A stretch of DNA of 64,000 nt from Syncephalis fuscata S228 (taxonomy: Eukaryota; Fungi; Zoopagomycota). Within the stretch, counting starts at the first letter, position 1. Each line of letters opens with the position of its first letter. The stretch spans positions 1 through 64,000 of the forward strand of contig JAHLTZ010000012.1 in NCBI GenBank assembly GCA_025786725.1. The letters run 5' to 3'. Made by a program: the position numbers and the translations under genes. Below the pieces are notes generated by a model that saw only the letters and a program-made list of their open reading frames with translations, ran no database searches and was not told where the DNA came from. Of this stretch, positions 36,873 through 50,751 are shown one piece after another.

Positions 36873-39800
36873 TTAGAAATAAACAACGGGTATTAATGGC
36901 CATTTATGGCATATAAATCAATACTAATCATGAATAACTACTACCAAGTAATTAATTAAATAATCAACACACTTTTTGATTTGTGTGTTTTTGAGCATTT
37001 TTGGCAAAATCGGTAATGGTCCCCCGTTACAGCTTTTTCAATAAATCAAGTATTTTTTACCATCGTTTAATTCCATCAATAATGCAGCTGGAGATACGTA
37101 ATAACATCCATTATAACTGCATATGCTTGGAGCATTGACACACAAATAACATGCAGTCTCGATGCATTTGGAATTGTGCTAGATATATAAATAGCAATAC
37201 CATTACACAAAAATGGCATTTAAATTACCTTTTAGTTTCTATTATTCCCCAAAATGCATCGAGACTGCATGCTATTTGTGTGTCAATGATCCGAGTATAT
37301 GCAGTTATAATGAATGCTATTACGTATGTCCAGCTGCATTATTGATGGAATTAAACGATGGTAAAAAATACTTGATTTATTGAAAAAGCTGTAACGGGGG
37401 ACCATTACCGATTTTGCCAAAAATGCTCAAAAACACACAAATCAAAAAGTGTGTTGATTATTTAATTAATTACTTGGTAGTAGTTATTCATGATTAGTAT
37501 TGATTTATATGCCATAAATGGCCATTAATACCCGTTGTTTATTTCTACCTCTACTAACTAACAAATACATTATCGATTGTTATTACATATTGTCACAGCG
37601 TGTACAATAGCCTAATATCATGCTGTTAAAGTTATAGTTTACGCATTCTATAAACAATGTGCTATTTATGTGTAGTTATTGCTTTATTGGCATGAATAAT
37701 GGCGTATATAAACATAGCCAATGCCATTAGTAGGTCGTGTAGTTATGCAACATAGTTAATGTCTAATATATAACCAATAGTATGCACCAATAACAGCATT
37801 GATATTGGCAATGGCTGTTGATATATCATGCAGTTAACAATAGTTGGTGCTTTTAATAACAAAAGTGAAAACTAAAAATGTCCAATGTATTTATAACTAT
37901 GTCAGTTGCATATATATCTTATTTGCAATCAACTATGCCATGGCGCAAAGCGTTATTTTACTTGCTTGTTGTTAGAGTAGTCGTATAAACACTGTCACTT
38001 ATTTGTGACAAGTATAGTCAACTACAGGCATGTTGGTTAGGCACATATCCCACTTACCATTAACTATGAACATCATGTAGATATCTGCTTGTTTGTTTAT
38101 AAGCAGGACAATTGTATTAGCACTTTGCCATTGATGCAGAATAGCCATGGTCATTGTAAAAGTGTATTATTTGTTATTTCTAGTAGCTATAAACATTGTA
38201 AAAATGCAATGTTATCATTTTAATAGCTATGAATGTAGCAGAATGCACATTTTATTTCTAGTACTCTGAATGCCGATATAATGCTAGCTCAAACTCTTAA
38301 GCGTAAAACTATTACATTAGTGATGTGACAATAAGTGGCGTATTGAAAGAGTGCGTTTAGCATAACTAAGTGACAAAATGCAATAAAAAATCAATAAAAC
38401 TAATTTATTTAATAAATCGTTACTAGAATTAGGTACAACTTTACATAAAATAGCTCAAAATACATGGTGTTTTGCACAAGTATGCAGATAACATATGTAC
38501 GACTATTGGCAACTTATAATGTAATTGTGTTGCGGGATGATGCAATGATAGTGATGATACGTTAATAAATTTGTAAAAATAGCTGTTTTTTACTGTTTAT
38601 GGTTTGTATAGTTAAAACACAGCAAAATGATTGCCGGATTCGAGTTCTCCATGCTTGGATGTATCGTTTGGTATGACTTATAAAACAATAATTTTTGCGA
38701 AAAATGTTGACCAAAAATGCAATTTACGTTATTTTTAATACATCTAGTAAATCGTTGCTAATACTACGTATAACTTTACGTAAAATGACGCAGATTGCCT
38801 GATATTTTGCACAAGTATGCATATGGCATATAGCTATCTATTGACAAAGCATAGTATTGTTGTATTGCGCATTGATGCAATGGTTGCAACAATACACTAG
38901 TGAATGTGCAAAAATAGCAGTTTTATGCCGTTCATGGCTTATATAAGCAAAATACAACAGAATGGTTGTTAGATTCCGGTTTTCCATGTTTGGATGTATC
39001 GTTTGATATAAGATTTAGAACAATGATTTTTGCAAAAAATGTTAGTCAAAAATGCAATTTACGTAAAGTCTATTAACAAGAAAATGACCAAGTTTCATAA
39101 TATTAGAAAATTTAATATTAAGAATGAGTCTATATAAAGTGAATTTAAAGCCCTCTAAAGTGTTAAAACAAAAATAATAGCAAGTTAATAAGAATAAACG
39201 ACGATGCGCTGTGACAATCTATGTCATTTATACATAAATACAACAAAGGTTTGTTAATAAACTTTACGTAAATTGCATTTTTGACTAACATTTTTTGCAA
39301 AAATCATTGTTCTAAATCTTATATCAAACGATACATCCAAACATGGAAAACCCGAATCTAACAACCATTCTGTTGTATTTTACTTATATAAGCCATGAAC
39401 GGCATAAAACTGCTATTTTTGCACATTTACTAGTGTATTGTTGCAACCATTGCATCAATGCGCAATACAACAATACTATGCTTTGTCAATAGATAGCTAT
39501 ATGCCATATGCATACTTGTGCAAAATATCAGGCAATCTGCGTCATTTTACGTAAAGTTATACGTAGTATTAGCAACGATTTACTAGATGTATTAAAAATA
39601 ACGTAAATTGCATTTTTGGTCAACATTTTTCGCAAAAATTATTGTTTTATAAGTCATACCAAACAATACATCCAAACATGGAGAACTCGAATCCGGCAAT
39701 CATTTTGCTGTGTTTTAACTATACAAACCATAAACAGTAAAAAACAGCTATTTTTACAAATTTATTAACGTATCATCACTATCATTGCATCATCCCGCAA

Positions 39801-40022
39801 CACAATTACATTATAAGTTGCCAATAGTCGTACATATGTTATCTGCATACTTGTGCAAAACACCATGTATTTTGAGCTATTTTATGTAAAGTTGTACCTA
39901 ATTCTAGTAACGATTTATTAAATAAATTAGTTTTATTGATTTTTTATTGCATTTTGTCACTTAGTTATGCTAAACGCACTCTTTCAATACGCCACTTATT
40001 GTCACATCACTAATGTAATAGT
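36873..40022. repeat. Composite palindromic element copy A: palindrome P1 (36873-37545), ~760-bp linker, palindrome P2 (38308-40022; ~760-bp arms, ~180-bp spacer)
   Basis: Arms read as near-perfect reverse complements; the block is repeated in direct orientation at ~55620-58657; no transposase ORF. Confidence 0.9.
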
Positions 40023-40604
40023 CTTACAATGTTTTGTAAAATAACGCTCTATTGCCAATTCAAGATATTATACATAAAAATAAAGTATTTGCTGTAATCA
40101 TAGCTATCAGAAATAATAACATTACATTTATATAATGATTCTATATATTTAAAATAACGAATAATCCGATTTACAATGTTTATAAATATTGTGTATCAAT
40201 AGCAGGGGTTTCTGCATTATCTACTCAACACAATTGTTCATTCTATTTTATCATTTATTTTGTAATAGCCAAGTACTATTCATAGCTATTGGCCGTTTGG
40301 CTCTAATCCAATTACTAATAAATTTGATTAACTTTGCTTATTGAGCCATACATACGAATAAAACAAACAATATAGGTATGCATAAATTTATTGCTTAATT
40401 AAAAACATTTATTAAACTAGTCATTTATGACTAATGGTTACTGGACTAGTTGACACCAAATAGATCGACACGGAGTTGTAAAAAGTTATAGAATAAAAAC
40501 AATAAGAATATTCATATTGCAATATTACGAAAATATAACGATATGACAGTATCTGTAATAAATGTATTTATACAAAAATAATTAGAATCAGAAATTTGAT
40601 GACC

Positions 40605-40845
40605 AATATAACTCACCATCCGCCCCATGTTCAATAAAACAAATATTTAATTCAATTACGCGAATTTTATTAAAAATAGTCATTTGACACCCTCAAATCG
40701 CAGTATAATTTAATGGCTTGATTATTCAATAAAACTCACCACTTATCTCCATGTTCACTAGAACAAACTTTTAGTTCAAGTGTACAAATGTTATCATACT
40801 TAGTCATTTGACACCAAATTACATTAAATTATTAATAAGCTGTTT
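40605..40845. repeat. Two ~125-bp subunits of the 5.8-6.3 kb repeat family
   Basis: actcacca...catgttca.ta.aacaaa...tagtcatttgacacc occurs twice, as at ~6135-6325 and ~16490-16570. Confidence 0.65.
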
Positions 40846-41728
40846 ATAAGGACAAAGTACACTGCAATATGAAATAAAGCGCAATGTAGCAACCGTTTGT
40901 AATGTTAAATTAACTATAATGCTGACCGTTTTGTAGTTATGCCAATTATTACAAATGCATGCTTGCTACTAAAAGATTTTATTTGTTATCATTGATGGAT
41001 GGCCGCTAATCATAGAGAATGGTAGGCTAGAATACCAACCATGTATTCGATGCTAACTAAAAATAACATTATAAATTTGATATTGCAGCATGTGTTCTAA
41101 TAAATAAGCAATGAGCATAACCGCCTAGTAAATAAACACAACTCAAGGCCAAGGCCACGTGCGTTTGGCGTATGTATATGGTCGACAGGTGCTGTTGGCT
41201 GCCAAGTACATTCATCCATTGTATGCAGGTTTCTATGCAATCTTCTAATGTACATTTCAAATCATAATCGATATTAAAACCATCTATCTAGCGGAAGCAA
41301 AAAACTAAACTGGTTTACAAGAGCGCTGATCCTACTACTAATAGATACGCTTTATTAATTGCTTTACTTCAGCTTATACAGCTGAAACAATTGAACAGTG
41401 CGTTTTAACTGTACCATATATGGATTTAGGGAACCTAGGCCATTGATCCGCCTGTCCATTTTCACATGAATTCAAGTAGCGATGCTTTATTACACGTAGC
41501 TGTATCTACCCAGATAAACACAGCAATGTCCATTCGTGGCACGCGGTAATGCCGGTGTACCAACTGAAGTAGTAAATCCACGCTTTGTTGTATTCAGCTG
41601 CAATGCCGTGTGACATAGGATATTTTCGGTATATATATCAAGTGACTCAGACCCATTGGTACAACACATATTCACACAATTTGTTTACTCGCTCTTAACT
41701 CTTTCTTAATTCCTCATTTTCAATTATA

Positions 41729-42994
41729 ATGGTACGCATTTTACTTGGACCAACACGCGAAGAGCTTCAAACTGCTCGTGTCAATGATGCTGAACACCCA
41801 CACTGGATTGTGTCTGAACACTTCCGTGGCTTTGTAACGGTACGAGTGAAGGACTTTGATGCGGATGCACCATCGCCAGCCATAGAGCGCATGCGGGCGG
41901 CTATGGCACAAAAAGAAACTGCATCCGTTAGTACAAGTACTGCAGGGTCGGATACTAGCAGTGGTGCCTATGAATCCGCTCCCGAGGAGCAAGAGGAAGA
42001 GGATGCTACAGCCGCTGCAACAGCAGCAAAAGCACTAGATGTCGTTGATAAAAACGACCCAGAACGAATCGCCTGGCGAAAGGATGTACGCCGCCAGCAC
42101 GATAATTATTTTAATAACCGAAACCGCATGTTCGTTATTCAGTGGAGTGGACAGTATTTGCCCACAAAACCAACAGGCGGTGCGAAAGAAGAAAAAACAG
42201 CTTGGACGGCCGATGATGTTTGGTTTACCCAGGAGGTAGATCGTGGCATTCCCCTGCCATGGGTAAGTACAATGTTACGCCGAGCGGGTCTTTAACAAAC
42301 AGATGTTTGTATCAATTCACTCCACAATAACACTAACAATACGTGTCTATTTGTAATTATTGTGTACATATAGGGATTTAATATATTATTAAATGTGTGC
42401 CGTCTTATCGTGCCATCATTTTACGCTGACCATGCGGTGGATCCAGTTAGACCGTGGACAGGCTCTCGCATGGTTTGCCACGTTAATTTAATGAATGCCA
42501 GCGATCCAGTACTGCCATCACCGCCTGAAATAGGCCCCAGCGATGAAAACAATGATGATGGGCCGTCAAAAGAACATCCGCACTTTGACGAGGAAGCCAT
42601 TCAGCAAATTATTACAGATCAATGGCAGCCAGATGGCATAGTAGAAAATGATTTCATAGAACAGAAAAAGACGAAAAAGAAGTCTATTAAATCGCAATTA
42701 AGGCCACGTAAGGCCAATCGATCAGAAGAAGAGGTATCGAAGACGCGAGGACGACAAAGACGTAAACATTTCCACCAAGAAGTAGAACGCAAAAACTTTG
42801 AATTGGCACCTGAATGTGTTTACAGTTGCGAATTTTTTAGCGATCAATTAGATCCGTGGCGTATGAATCTTAAACTTGGTATTAGCTTAGATGTAGCCTC
42901 TACACTAGGCGACCAGCCATTGCGATTTATTTTACGCTCACGCACCAACCCAGAAGTTGTATTCTTTGTTGTTCAGCTTGAATACTATCCTTAG
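41729..42994 (+). CDS. DUF1769-like protein, 2 exons (intron ~42263-42372)
   Basis: SEHFRGFVTVRVKDF, YFNNRNRMFVIQWSG, WTADDVWF, RRKHF, GDQPLRFILRSR...VFFVVQ match remembered DUF1769 pattern. Confidence 0.8.
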
Positions 42995-43194
42995 TTGTCA
43001 CTCATTTTGATTTACACATAATATTAGTAATAAACAACACTATAACATAGATATAATAATATGCAGACATCCGCTCAATACGCAAATGCGATTTCGTATG
43101 TATTCCGAAAAGAAAGCGATACACCAAACTATAAATGTGAATTCACACATAGCACAAGCATGACACGCGATCGAAGGGTGAATAAGCCAATGGC

Positions 43195-44693
43195 TTAAAC
43201 TTCTTCGAGGATAGCTGGCTCAAACTTGTCCTTTTGAGTTACTTTGGCACCAAGGTCGTCAGCATCGCTACCGTGGAGTTCAAGCAACTTTTGCACTATT
43301 AATTAATAGCCATTGGGTTAGCAAATATGTTGCAGCTGTGGTATATTATAGTGTAATATACTTACAGTCGAATTTGGGCGACTTAAGGATCTTGACCTTG
43401 CGAGTGTAGACGTTTTGGAGTGGGAAAATACCTTGGCAGGCCTTTTCGATTTCACGACCAATGGACTCTGGAATGCTGTAGGCGAGCATTGTAGTAATAT
43501 TAATTAATAAATTGTATAATGACTTTATAATACCGTTTTGTGTATAATTACTTACAATTTTTGGACAAGGTCCTTCAAGTCACATGAAGAGGCTTCCTTG
43601 GTGATGATTTCGAACATCTTCTTGCGGATTTGACGAATCTGGGAGCTTGATGCGTAGGTCGTCTTGCGGAGCTGGTTAGGACGACGACGGGTGAAAGCAA
43701 TGGCAAACAAGCGCAAGACGTAACCGTCGGTAGTTTTGACATCAACGTGAGCCTCAATCATTGATTGCCACTTCTTGACCATGGAGCGCAACTTATCAGA
43801 AGTGAAATCCATACCGTGGAAGTTGGTAAGGCAGTTCTTGCCTTGTACTTCATCAATGCGAAGACGGATGTTGCGGAAAGCAAGATCTTCGTTCTTGTTC
43901 AAATCGGCCAGCGAGACCTCAAGCACGCGACCTTTAAGCGAGTCATTGGCGTTCTCTGTACACGGTTGTAACAATCAATTATCGCTACGTTAGTATATGC
44001 GTACTTTCACACTAAATGCCACCACAATACTTACTCAAACCTTGGGTGCGGTTGACAAGTGTCTTGCCAACGTTCTTCACGTTAAAGATGGAAGGCGCTT
44101 TGATATCATACCAGTCCTTGCGGGTGAATGGGTCGACGCTGTTCGATAAAAAGAAAAAAGCATACAGCCATTAGTATATGCTTATTACTGACGTGTATAT
44201 TCGCGATCGCGCATCATTACAAACAGCAAGCGTGGAATCGTCTACCAACATGCATATATGCACACCTGCGCATGCACACTGCCGCAATTCTAGCACTAAT
44301 CTGGCGTATGTAGTTTACATATTTCTAATTGTTGCTATAACCATTTTTGCGGTAAGATTCCACTTTCTTGCAACCTTCAATGCATCGACTGTCGCCTAGC
44401 ATCTAAATATATCCCACACGCTCTATAGTACTTACATCTTCTTCTTCAATCCCTTCTTGCCCTTAGACAGGCGCCTAGAAATATACAATAAACATCAATG
44501 GATGGATGGATGGATGGATGGAGTAATTCATTCGTTAGTATATGCATCTATATTAATACGATATATGCCCAGCTTCCCCGGATGATCTATTCAACTACTA
44601 CGTGTATGTTGCTTGATTCATCCATCCATCTATGCATCTATCCTCTTCTCCACCTGTATGTTTGTGTACGCACTTGTTCTTGCCAACGGCCAT
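43195..44693 (-). CDS. RPS1: 40S ribosomal protein eS1 (S1/S3a), 6 exons
   Basis: MAVGKNK|[12 protein letters not shown]|[15 protein letters not shown]...[14 protein letters not shown]...[22 protein letters not shown]...; TAA 43195-43197. Confidence 0.98.
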
Positions 44694-44901
44694 GATGAAT
44701 AGTGCGCGTGCGATATACGATTCGCTCCTATGGGATCAGCGCGGAAAGAGGCCGACTTGATTGATCAGTCGTTTGGCTCGTATAGTTTGTACACTCACAC
44801 CCAACCCAGCTCGACTCATAGTTTTAGATGATCACGTGATACTATTGTTTTTTTTGGTGTCCATTGTCAGTCATGGCAACACTTTCGCTTTTCTCTAAGC
44901 A
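44694..44901. promoter_or_regulatory. Bidirectional promoter between RPS1 and RRN7 with palindromic ATCACGTGAT E-box (44831-44840)
   Basis: Divergent ATGs are 208 bp apart; TCACGTGA is the Cbf1/USF-type bHLH site. Confidence 0.55.
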
Positions 44902-47259
44902 ATGAATCGTCGTAGTGAATCACAGTTTGTCGCTCGACCGCGTAAGAACCGAAAGCCTCCTTGTAGCGTTTGTGGCTCAAGAAGATATAGAAAGAATGGA
45001 CTTGGCTTCTACTTTTGCGAACAAGGCCATCAATTAGAGGTAAGGTACGGTCGTGGTGGCGGCTGCTTGCATTCTTATTGTACTGGTGCACTTGTAACAT
45101 AGAACTATGTGCCCGAAGAAGCCGATCCGCTTGATATGCACTTCGTGCGCAATAGACGGTTAAAACAAGACACTTTGTTGGTAAATGAGCGACGTGCTTT
45201 AAAAGCAATGTCCACTGGTAAGCAGCAATGTGATATTACTTGACAGTAATTATTATAATGAATTTATTAGTATTGTATGGACAAGAAGCCAAATTTCATT
45301 TCTACCAATGTCTGCAGTACATTATAAAGCTACAATGTAATGCGTTGATTAATAAATTTGGTTTACCTGCTGCACTTGAGGTAAATAAATAGTGTATTAT
45401 TTTATTTGAGACTAATGAGTAGCTAGACGGTTGTTCAAGAGCTTTGGGTACTTTATTTGTCGTTTTGTAATGTTTCACTGCCTGCCGATCTGGCAGAGTA
45501 TAATACAGCATCATCAGGACGACATGATATTAACGATACAGAGAATAATAACGACGAAGAAATAGATAAAACGGATGAATGGGTGGATATGCAACATCAT
45601 CTTAATACAATGGGATTTGATAATGGAAGTACAGAGCAAGATGAAGATAGATCAGAATTGATAGGAAGTGAAGTCGAAGAAGAAGAAGAAGAAGAGGGAG
45701 AAAAAGGTGCTACAAATAATACACTGCTATGACATTGGAAGAGCAACTACAGCAGCGTAGAAAAAAAGCTATGACAGCGGGCAAAAGCCATGCAGCAATG
45801 CATATAGATAGTTTAACAAATCCTACTATGCACCATTCTATTGCTATTTGCTATTTGGCATGTATTCAGTTACGCTGTCCAGTGATGCTAGCTGATCTAC
45901 ACCGGTAATAAAGATTGCATGTAACTGCATTATTAGATGGTAGATTAACAGTATTTAGATGGATCTACGATGGACAGTTACCGTATTTAAATGCCTATTC
46001 ACAACTACCCGATGAGTATCGATTACGTATTAATCGACAATATCGCACCAAATGGCAGATAATTGTAAGTTAGATGAGCCATAGCACACAAGCGATACTT
46101 AATTTCTACAGGTTAATCCATCATGTTCTGATTTCCATCGACATATACGTGTTATGGCTGAGATGTACTATAGCCAGTATAGCATTCAATTTCCCTTGCC
46201 TAATAAGCCATTATTTATTTATCGATATCTTTCTGAATTGTCGCTGCCAAGTAAGTTTAGAATAGCCAATATATCAAGTACTGATAGATGCATTCTAGTC
46301 CATTTATATCCAGTAGCAAAGTATTTATTAGAAGTTGGCCAACCAACATTAGAAATACAAAAGTGTATTCATTCATCCTGTAGTGTTTTGTTGGTAGCAG
46401 TGATGCTAGCAGCCAAAATACGCTATGGACTTCACATGTGGTGCAAGTAAGTGCATTAATAAGCCATTGGCTATTAATGTATTCTAATTACCGTATAGAC
46501 CTATGGATGACTTGTGTCCAGCCATATCATTAAATGATTGGCTAAATAAATTAGACGAAAAAAATAGCACTTATTTATCACGACCATGGGTTGAATGGTA
46601 ACTATAATAGTAATTGGTGTGTTTCAATTTGTATTAATAATGCAATATTAGTGATATCACACAATGGTCTGATAAACATTCTAAAGAATATTTGATTATT
46701 GTGAAAATGTAGTGCTTGGACAACATGCCGCTAAAGAACTCAATCCTAAATGTAAGAAGCTGAAATAGCTATAGTTTATTACTTAAGATACCATTAGTAT
46801 ACGGAATGATATGTGATGTTAAGAATATTCTACGCATAGCCAGCATACAGTGGATAAGTCCATGCCATTAAAGGAGAAATTACAAACGGATGCCATTAAT
46901 AACGAAAAGCCAAATAAATTAAAGGAGCAGATATACGATAATAGGTAATTACTTTGTATTTATTAAAACGGTATTTGACCCTAATTAAATGTAGATCGAG
47001 TTTAACAAGTATGCCACCACGATTATATGATATTTTACAACCGGCCGAACCATTTTGGGATCAACGATACTGGCATCCAGGTTATGCTCGCTTACTAGAA
47101 TACTGTTCCCAGTTTTCCGGTTTAACTATGGACCAACTTAATTACCAGGTTCATTCTATGGCAGTTAAAATACGTGACAATATTGCACAAACTGCGAATA
47201 CTGACGATGATAATTATACTGATTTACATTTACTATCCAGTAATGATATTAATGAATAG
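44902..47259 (+). CDS. RRN7: RNA polymerase I core factor subunit Rrn7/TAF1B-like, multi-exon
   Basis: Zinc ribbon CSVCGSRRYRKNGLGFYFCEQGHQ; YQCLQYIIKLQCNALINKFGLP; AICYLACIQLRCPVMLADLHR|WIYDGQLPYL; PLFIYRYLSELSLP. Several apparent indels. Confidence 0.8.
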
Positions 47260-47393
47260 ATAGTATAATACAATTTGTTTATTATAATAATGATATTACT
47301 AATAGTTGCTGTGTAAAAGTGTTGTCATATATATGTAATCAAATCTGATTTGATCTATTTACAATTGATTATTAATCAATGCTATAAGGTAAA

Positions 47394-48143
47394 TTACCAA
47401 GGAGATGAGCCGTGTGAACGATGTTGTATTGATCCTTCTACTGGATAGCCTCGATGGCCACGGCCACGTCCACCACGACCACCACGACCACGACCACGAC
47501 CACGACTTAATTGTCTTGATGTTGCACCGGTTGTTGTTAGTGATCGTTCTGGCTTGGGTGGTGTATAGCGAACAAATCGTAATCGATCACCATTATGTAG
47601 ACCCAATTCATGAATACGCTGTTTCGTGTCAAGTAGACGCTGACTATTCACCATTAAACAGTATCGCTGCCATGTATATGACCTATAAATTACATTATTG
47701 CTCGATTAGTTAAATGTTGTCTTATGTTAACACTCTTTAGCAGAAGTGTTAATAGAATAGTAAAAATAGCATACCAATTTGCTGATCGAGATCGACCATG
47801 CATCAATGTTGTTGTATCACGGATATGACGATCTACAGCTAGCTGTACTAGACGTTTGAGCACGGCCACAGTGATCGTTTGACTTGCGGTTATTTCTAAA
47901 TAGCCGTTAAATGTTATGTAATGTATCATACCAATACAACTTACCTAGACTTTTTTGTAGTGCACCACGATCAAGCACAAGACGAATGGCATGGCCCTGC
48001 TCATACGCAAGTAGCTGTTCAACTTCGAGTGGCGTTACTTGTTGTGGTAGATCACTTAAAAGGGGATCTTGCAACAAAACCGTTAACTGTCGGTCAAGTG
48101 TCGTTGTCTCTGTCTCTGTCTCTGTCATTGCTGGGCTCGTCAT
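47394..48143 (-). CDS. SNRNP25: U11/U12 snRNP 25-kDa protein (ubiquitin-like), 3 exons, RGG tail
   Basis: LQDPLLSDLPQQVT.LEV..LLAYEQGHAI, TVAVLKRLVQ, NW|SYTWQRYCLMVNSQRLLD..QRIHELGLHNGDRLRF parallel the SNRNP25 sequence pattern. Confidence 0.8.
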
Positions 48144-48744
48144 ATCGCGATAAACACCGCCTAGTTGTTACAAACAAGCGTGGTTGAAGCCGGTATATGG
48201 TAAGCAGCGGGTCTATAATGATAACAAGAATAGTAATGTAGATTGGTAAAACAGAAGGCTATTTTTATTGATTGTCGCAATTAATATTCACGCATGTGGA
48301 TATCAAACAAAAATAGCTGCATTGTTTTTATCTATTCGTAGAATTGTCGAGAAAATTAACAAGTCCACATTCAATGGATGGATGGAAGATGTCTAAACTG
48401 AGGCGATAACCTGTCGGTGTTCTAATTATTGACATGCCACGCCTTCTTTCTGCTTCTCCGTTTTTTATTACTTCTAGTCCACCCACCCACACAGACATAT
48501 CACACATCTAGTGCGCACTGTTTTTAGTCTTTTTTCCTCTCTTCTCTAAATTCATCCGTCTTGGTCATTGTCGTGACTAGTGCTTATTATTACACGCTAA
48601 CTGCTGCAACGTGTTCGTCTAGTCTAACTTACACTTGTGACGCTTAGTCCACAGTCATCTTTTACAGGCAAGTTACTACGAGATTGATGTGTCAGCCATA
48701 CGACCCTATGCATAGTGGCGCGGAGTCGTTTCAGTCTCTATTAC

Positions 48745-48826
48745 GTGTGTGTGTGTGTGAGTGAGATTACTTACCTATTAGCTGGTTATACGTGTATCTA
48801 TACATACATACATACATACATATATA
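48745..48826. repeat. (GT)n and (TACA)n microsatellites upstream of SHO1
   Basis: gtgtgtgtgtgtgtg at ~48745 and tacatacatacatacataca at ~48801. Confidence 0.8.
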
Positions 48827-49004
48827 GTAGATAGCGAGTACTGAGTGGTTAACAGGGGGATGCACTTTAATACTTTAATACTAACACTTTCTTGGGTGGT
48901 GATTAGATTTATTAATTCGTTATTATTCACCGTCTAGTTGTGAGGTCGTCTACATTTTTGTCGTTTCTATTTTATACTGTAGTAGTCTAGTACCACATAT
49001 CAAC

Positions 49005-49959
49005 ATGGTATTCGCGGTTGATCATTTAAAACGAGCACCCTTTTATCTTGCTACATCCTTGGTAGCTTTTGTAAGTCTACATGTCCGCTATTGATTATTT
49101 GATAAATGATGCTAATTAATTATACTATAATGCTTGAATATTAGACTGGGTTCTTCCTAGCGCTTATTGGCGCTGGTGTGGCATCCGCCGGCCCTTATGT
49201 ATGGCTTTCCGTCATTTATACATTTATACAGATCTTGGCGGTATTATACTGCGTGGGCGCTAATGTACTGGCCCAATATAGACTAGCCTTGTTGACCTGT
49301 TTGGCAGTTAACATTATGTTGGCCATTAGCAATGCCAATGCGTTTATTTATGGATCAAGCGCATCGACCGCATTGGTCGGTGTTGGTTTCATTTTCGTAG
49401 CACTTATTGAGGTAAGTAGTGTGAATAATCACGTTGACAGCTGTTATAATATAACCTATCGCTAATTAACTCACTATACCATTATTAGTTATTATGGGTT
49501 ATTGTTATTGGATCTGAAGATAGCTCCTATATCTACACATTGGTTAATGATACCATTTCTCTTCAACCTACAAGTCTACAATCAGGTCCCTCTGCTGCCT
49601 ATCCTATGACCTCGGTTAATCATAGCATGCCACAAGCCCATACGGTCATTCCTATGCCATCTGCAACAATGCCCGGCGGTGTAGGTAGCGTCTTACCTAA
49701 TGGCGCTCCAGTCGTTCCTTCACCAGGAGCAGCTGTCATCAGTAATGTATCCGATATCCAATATCTATACAAGGCTCGTGCCAAGTATGCCTACACTGCT
49801 AATCCAGAGGACAATACCGAATTAAGCTTTGCCAAGGAAGAAGTCCTTGATATTGCCGATAATAAGGGCAAATGGTGGCATGCCCGTAAAGCAGATGGAG
49901 CCATCGGTGTTGTACCCAGTAACTATCTCGAGTTAATAGGCCCCGCCAATAATGCTTAA
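49005..49959 (+). CDS. SHO1: Sho1 osmosensor (four TM segments, C-terminal SH3), 3 coding exons
   Basis: Hydrophobic segments with YRLALLTCLA and WVIVIGSEDSS; SH3 YKARAKYAYTANPEDNTELSFAKEEVLDIADNKGKWWHARKADGAIGVVPSNYL. Confidence 0.92.
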
Positions 49960-50751
49960 GTAATTCGTATTCACCACCACCACCACCATCACACTTGCTT
50001 TATCTTCGTATTGTCGTTCTCTATCAGTCTGCATTGAAGTATTACTTTTTATTGCGTATTGTCAGTCATATGCGTATGTGACACTGTTCACTTTGTTCTT
50101 CTCTACTAAGATTTGAGGTTTATTATGGTGTATTTATCATATAATCTTCAATGACAAGCATCAAGTGAATGGATAAAATAAGTATGTTTACTTGAGTTGT
50201 CTTTTATCTTTGGTAATAAATAAAGTTGATGACGAAGTTATAAAATGGAATAGCATTAAACATTAATATATGTGTTTAATTCGTTTATTGTGTATTAGTG
50301 TTATTGTTAGTATTTTATGTATTGTGTATTAATACTGATCTAATTAGTATTGGTGTTTAATCAGTGTTGTTATGACTATAAACTGAGATTTGTTTTGTTT
50401 ATAAATCGGAGTTTTCGACTATTCTGCTATTCTACATCTTCTATTCAAACACCCGTCTTCATCATTTCTTGTGATTCTGTTTACCTATAAATCTGGCTTG
50501 GTAAATACATAGTAACCGGATAGTGGCTTGTCGCAGAGTATAGCTGTACTCCTTGTTCTTTTTGTTCTGTCGTCAGTCGCAGAGCGGTAGCAACATCCTT
50601 GTTTGTGGTGACTTCATAGCATACAGCGCTAAGACCGTTTAGTTGCGTGCCACTCCCTCAATCTATTTAAATTCCAGCAATTGCGCTACTTTTCTTCTCT
50701 TGAACGCGTATTCATTCAATTCCTTGCTACGATTTATCTTTGTATTAACTC

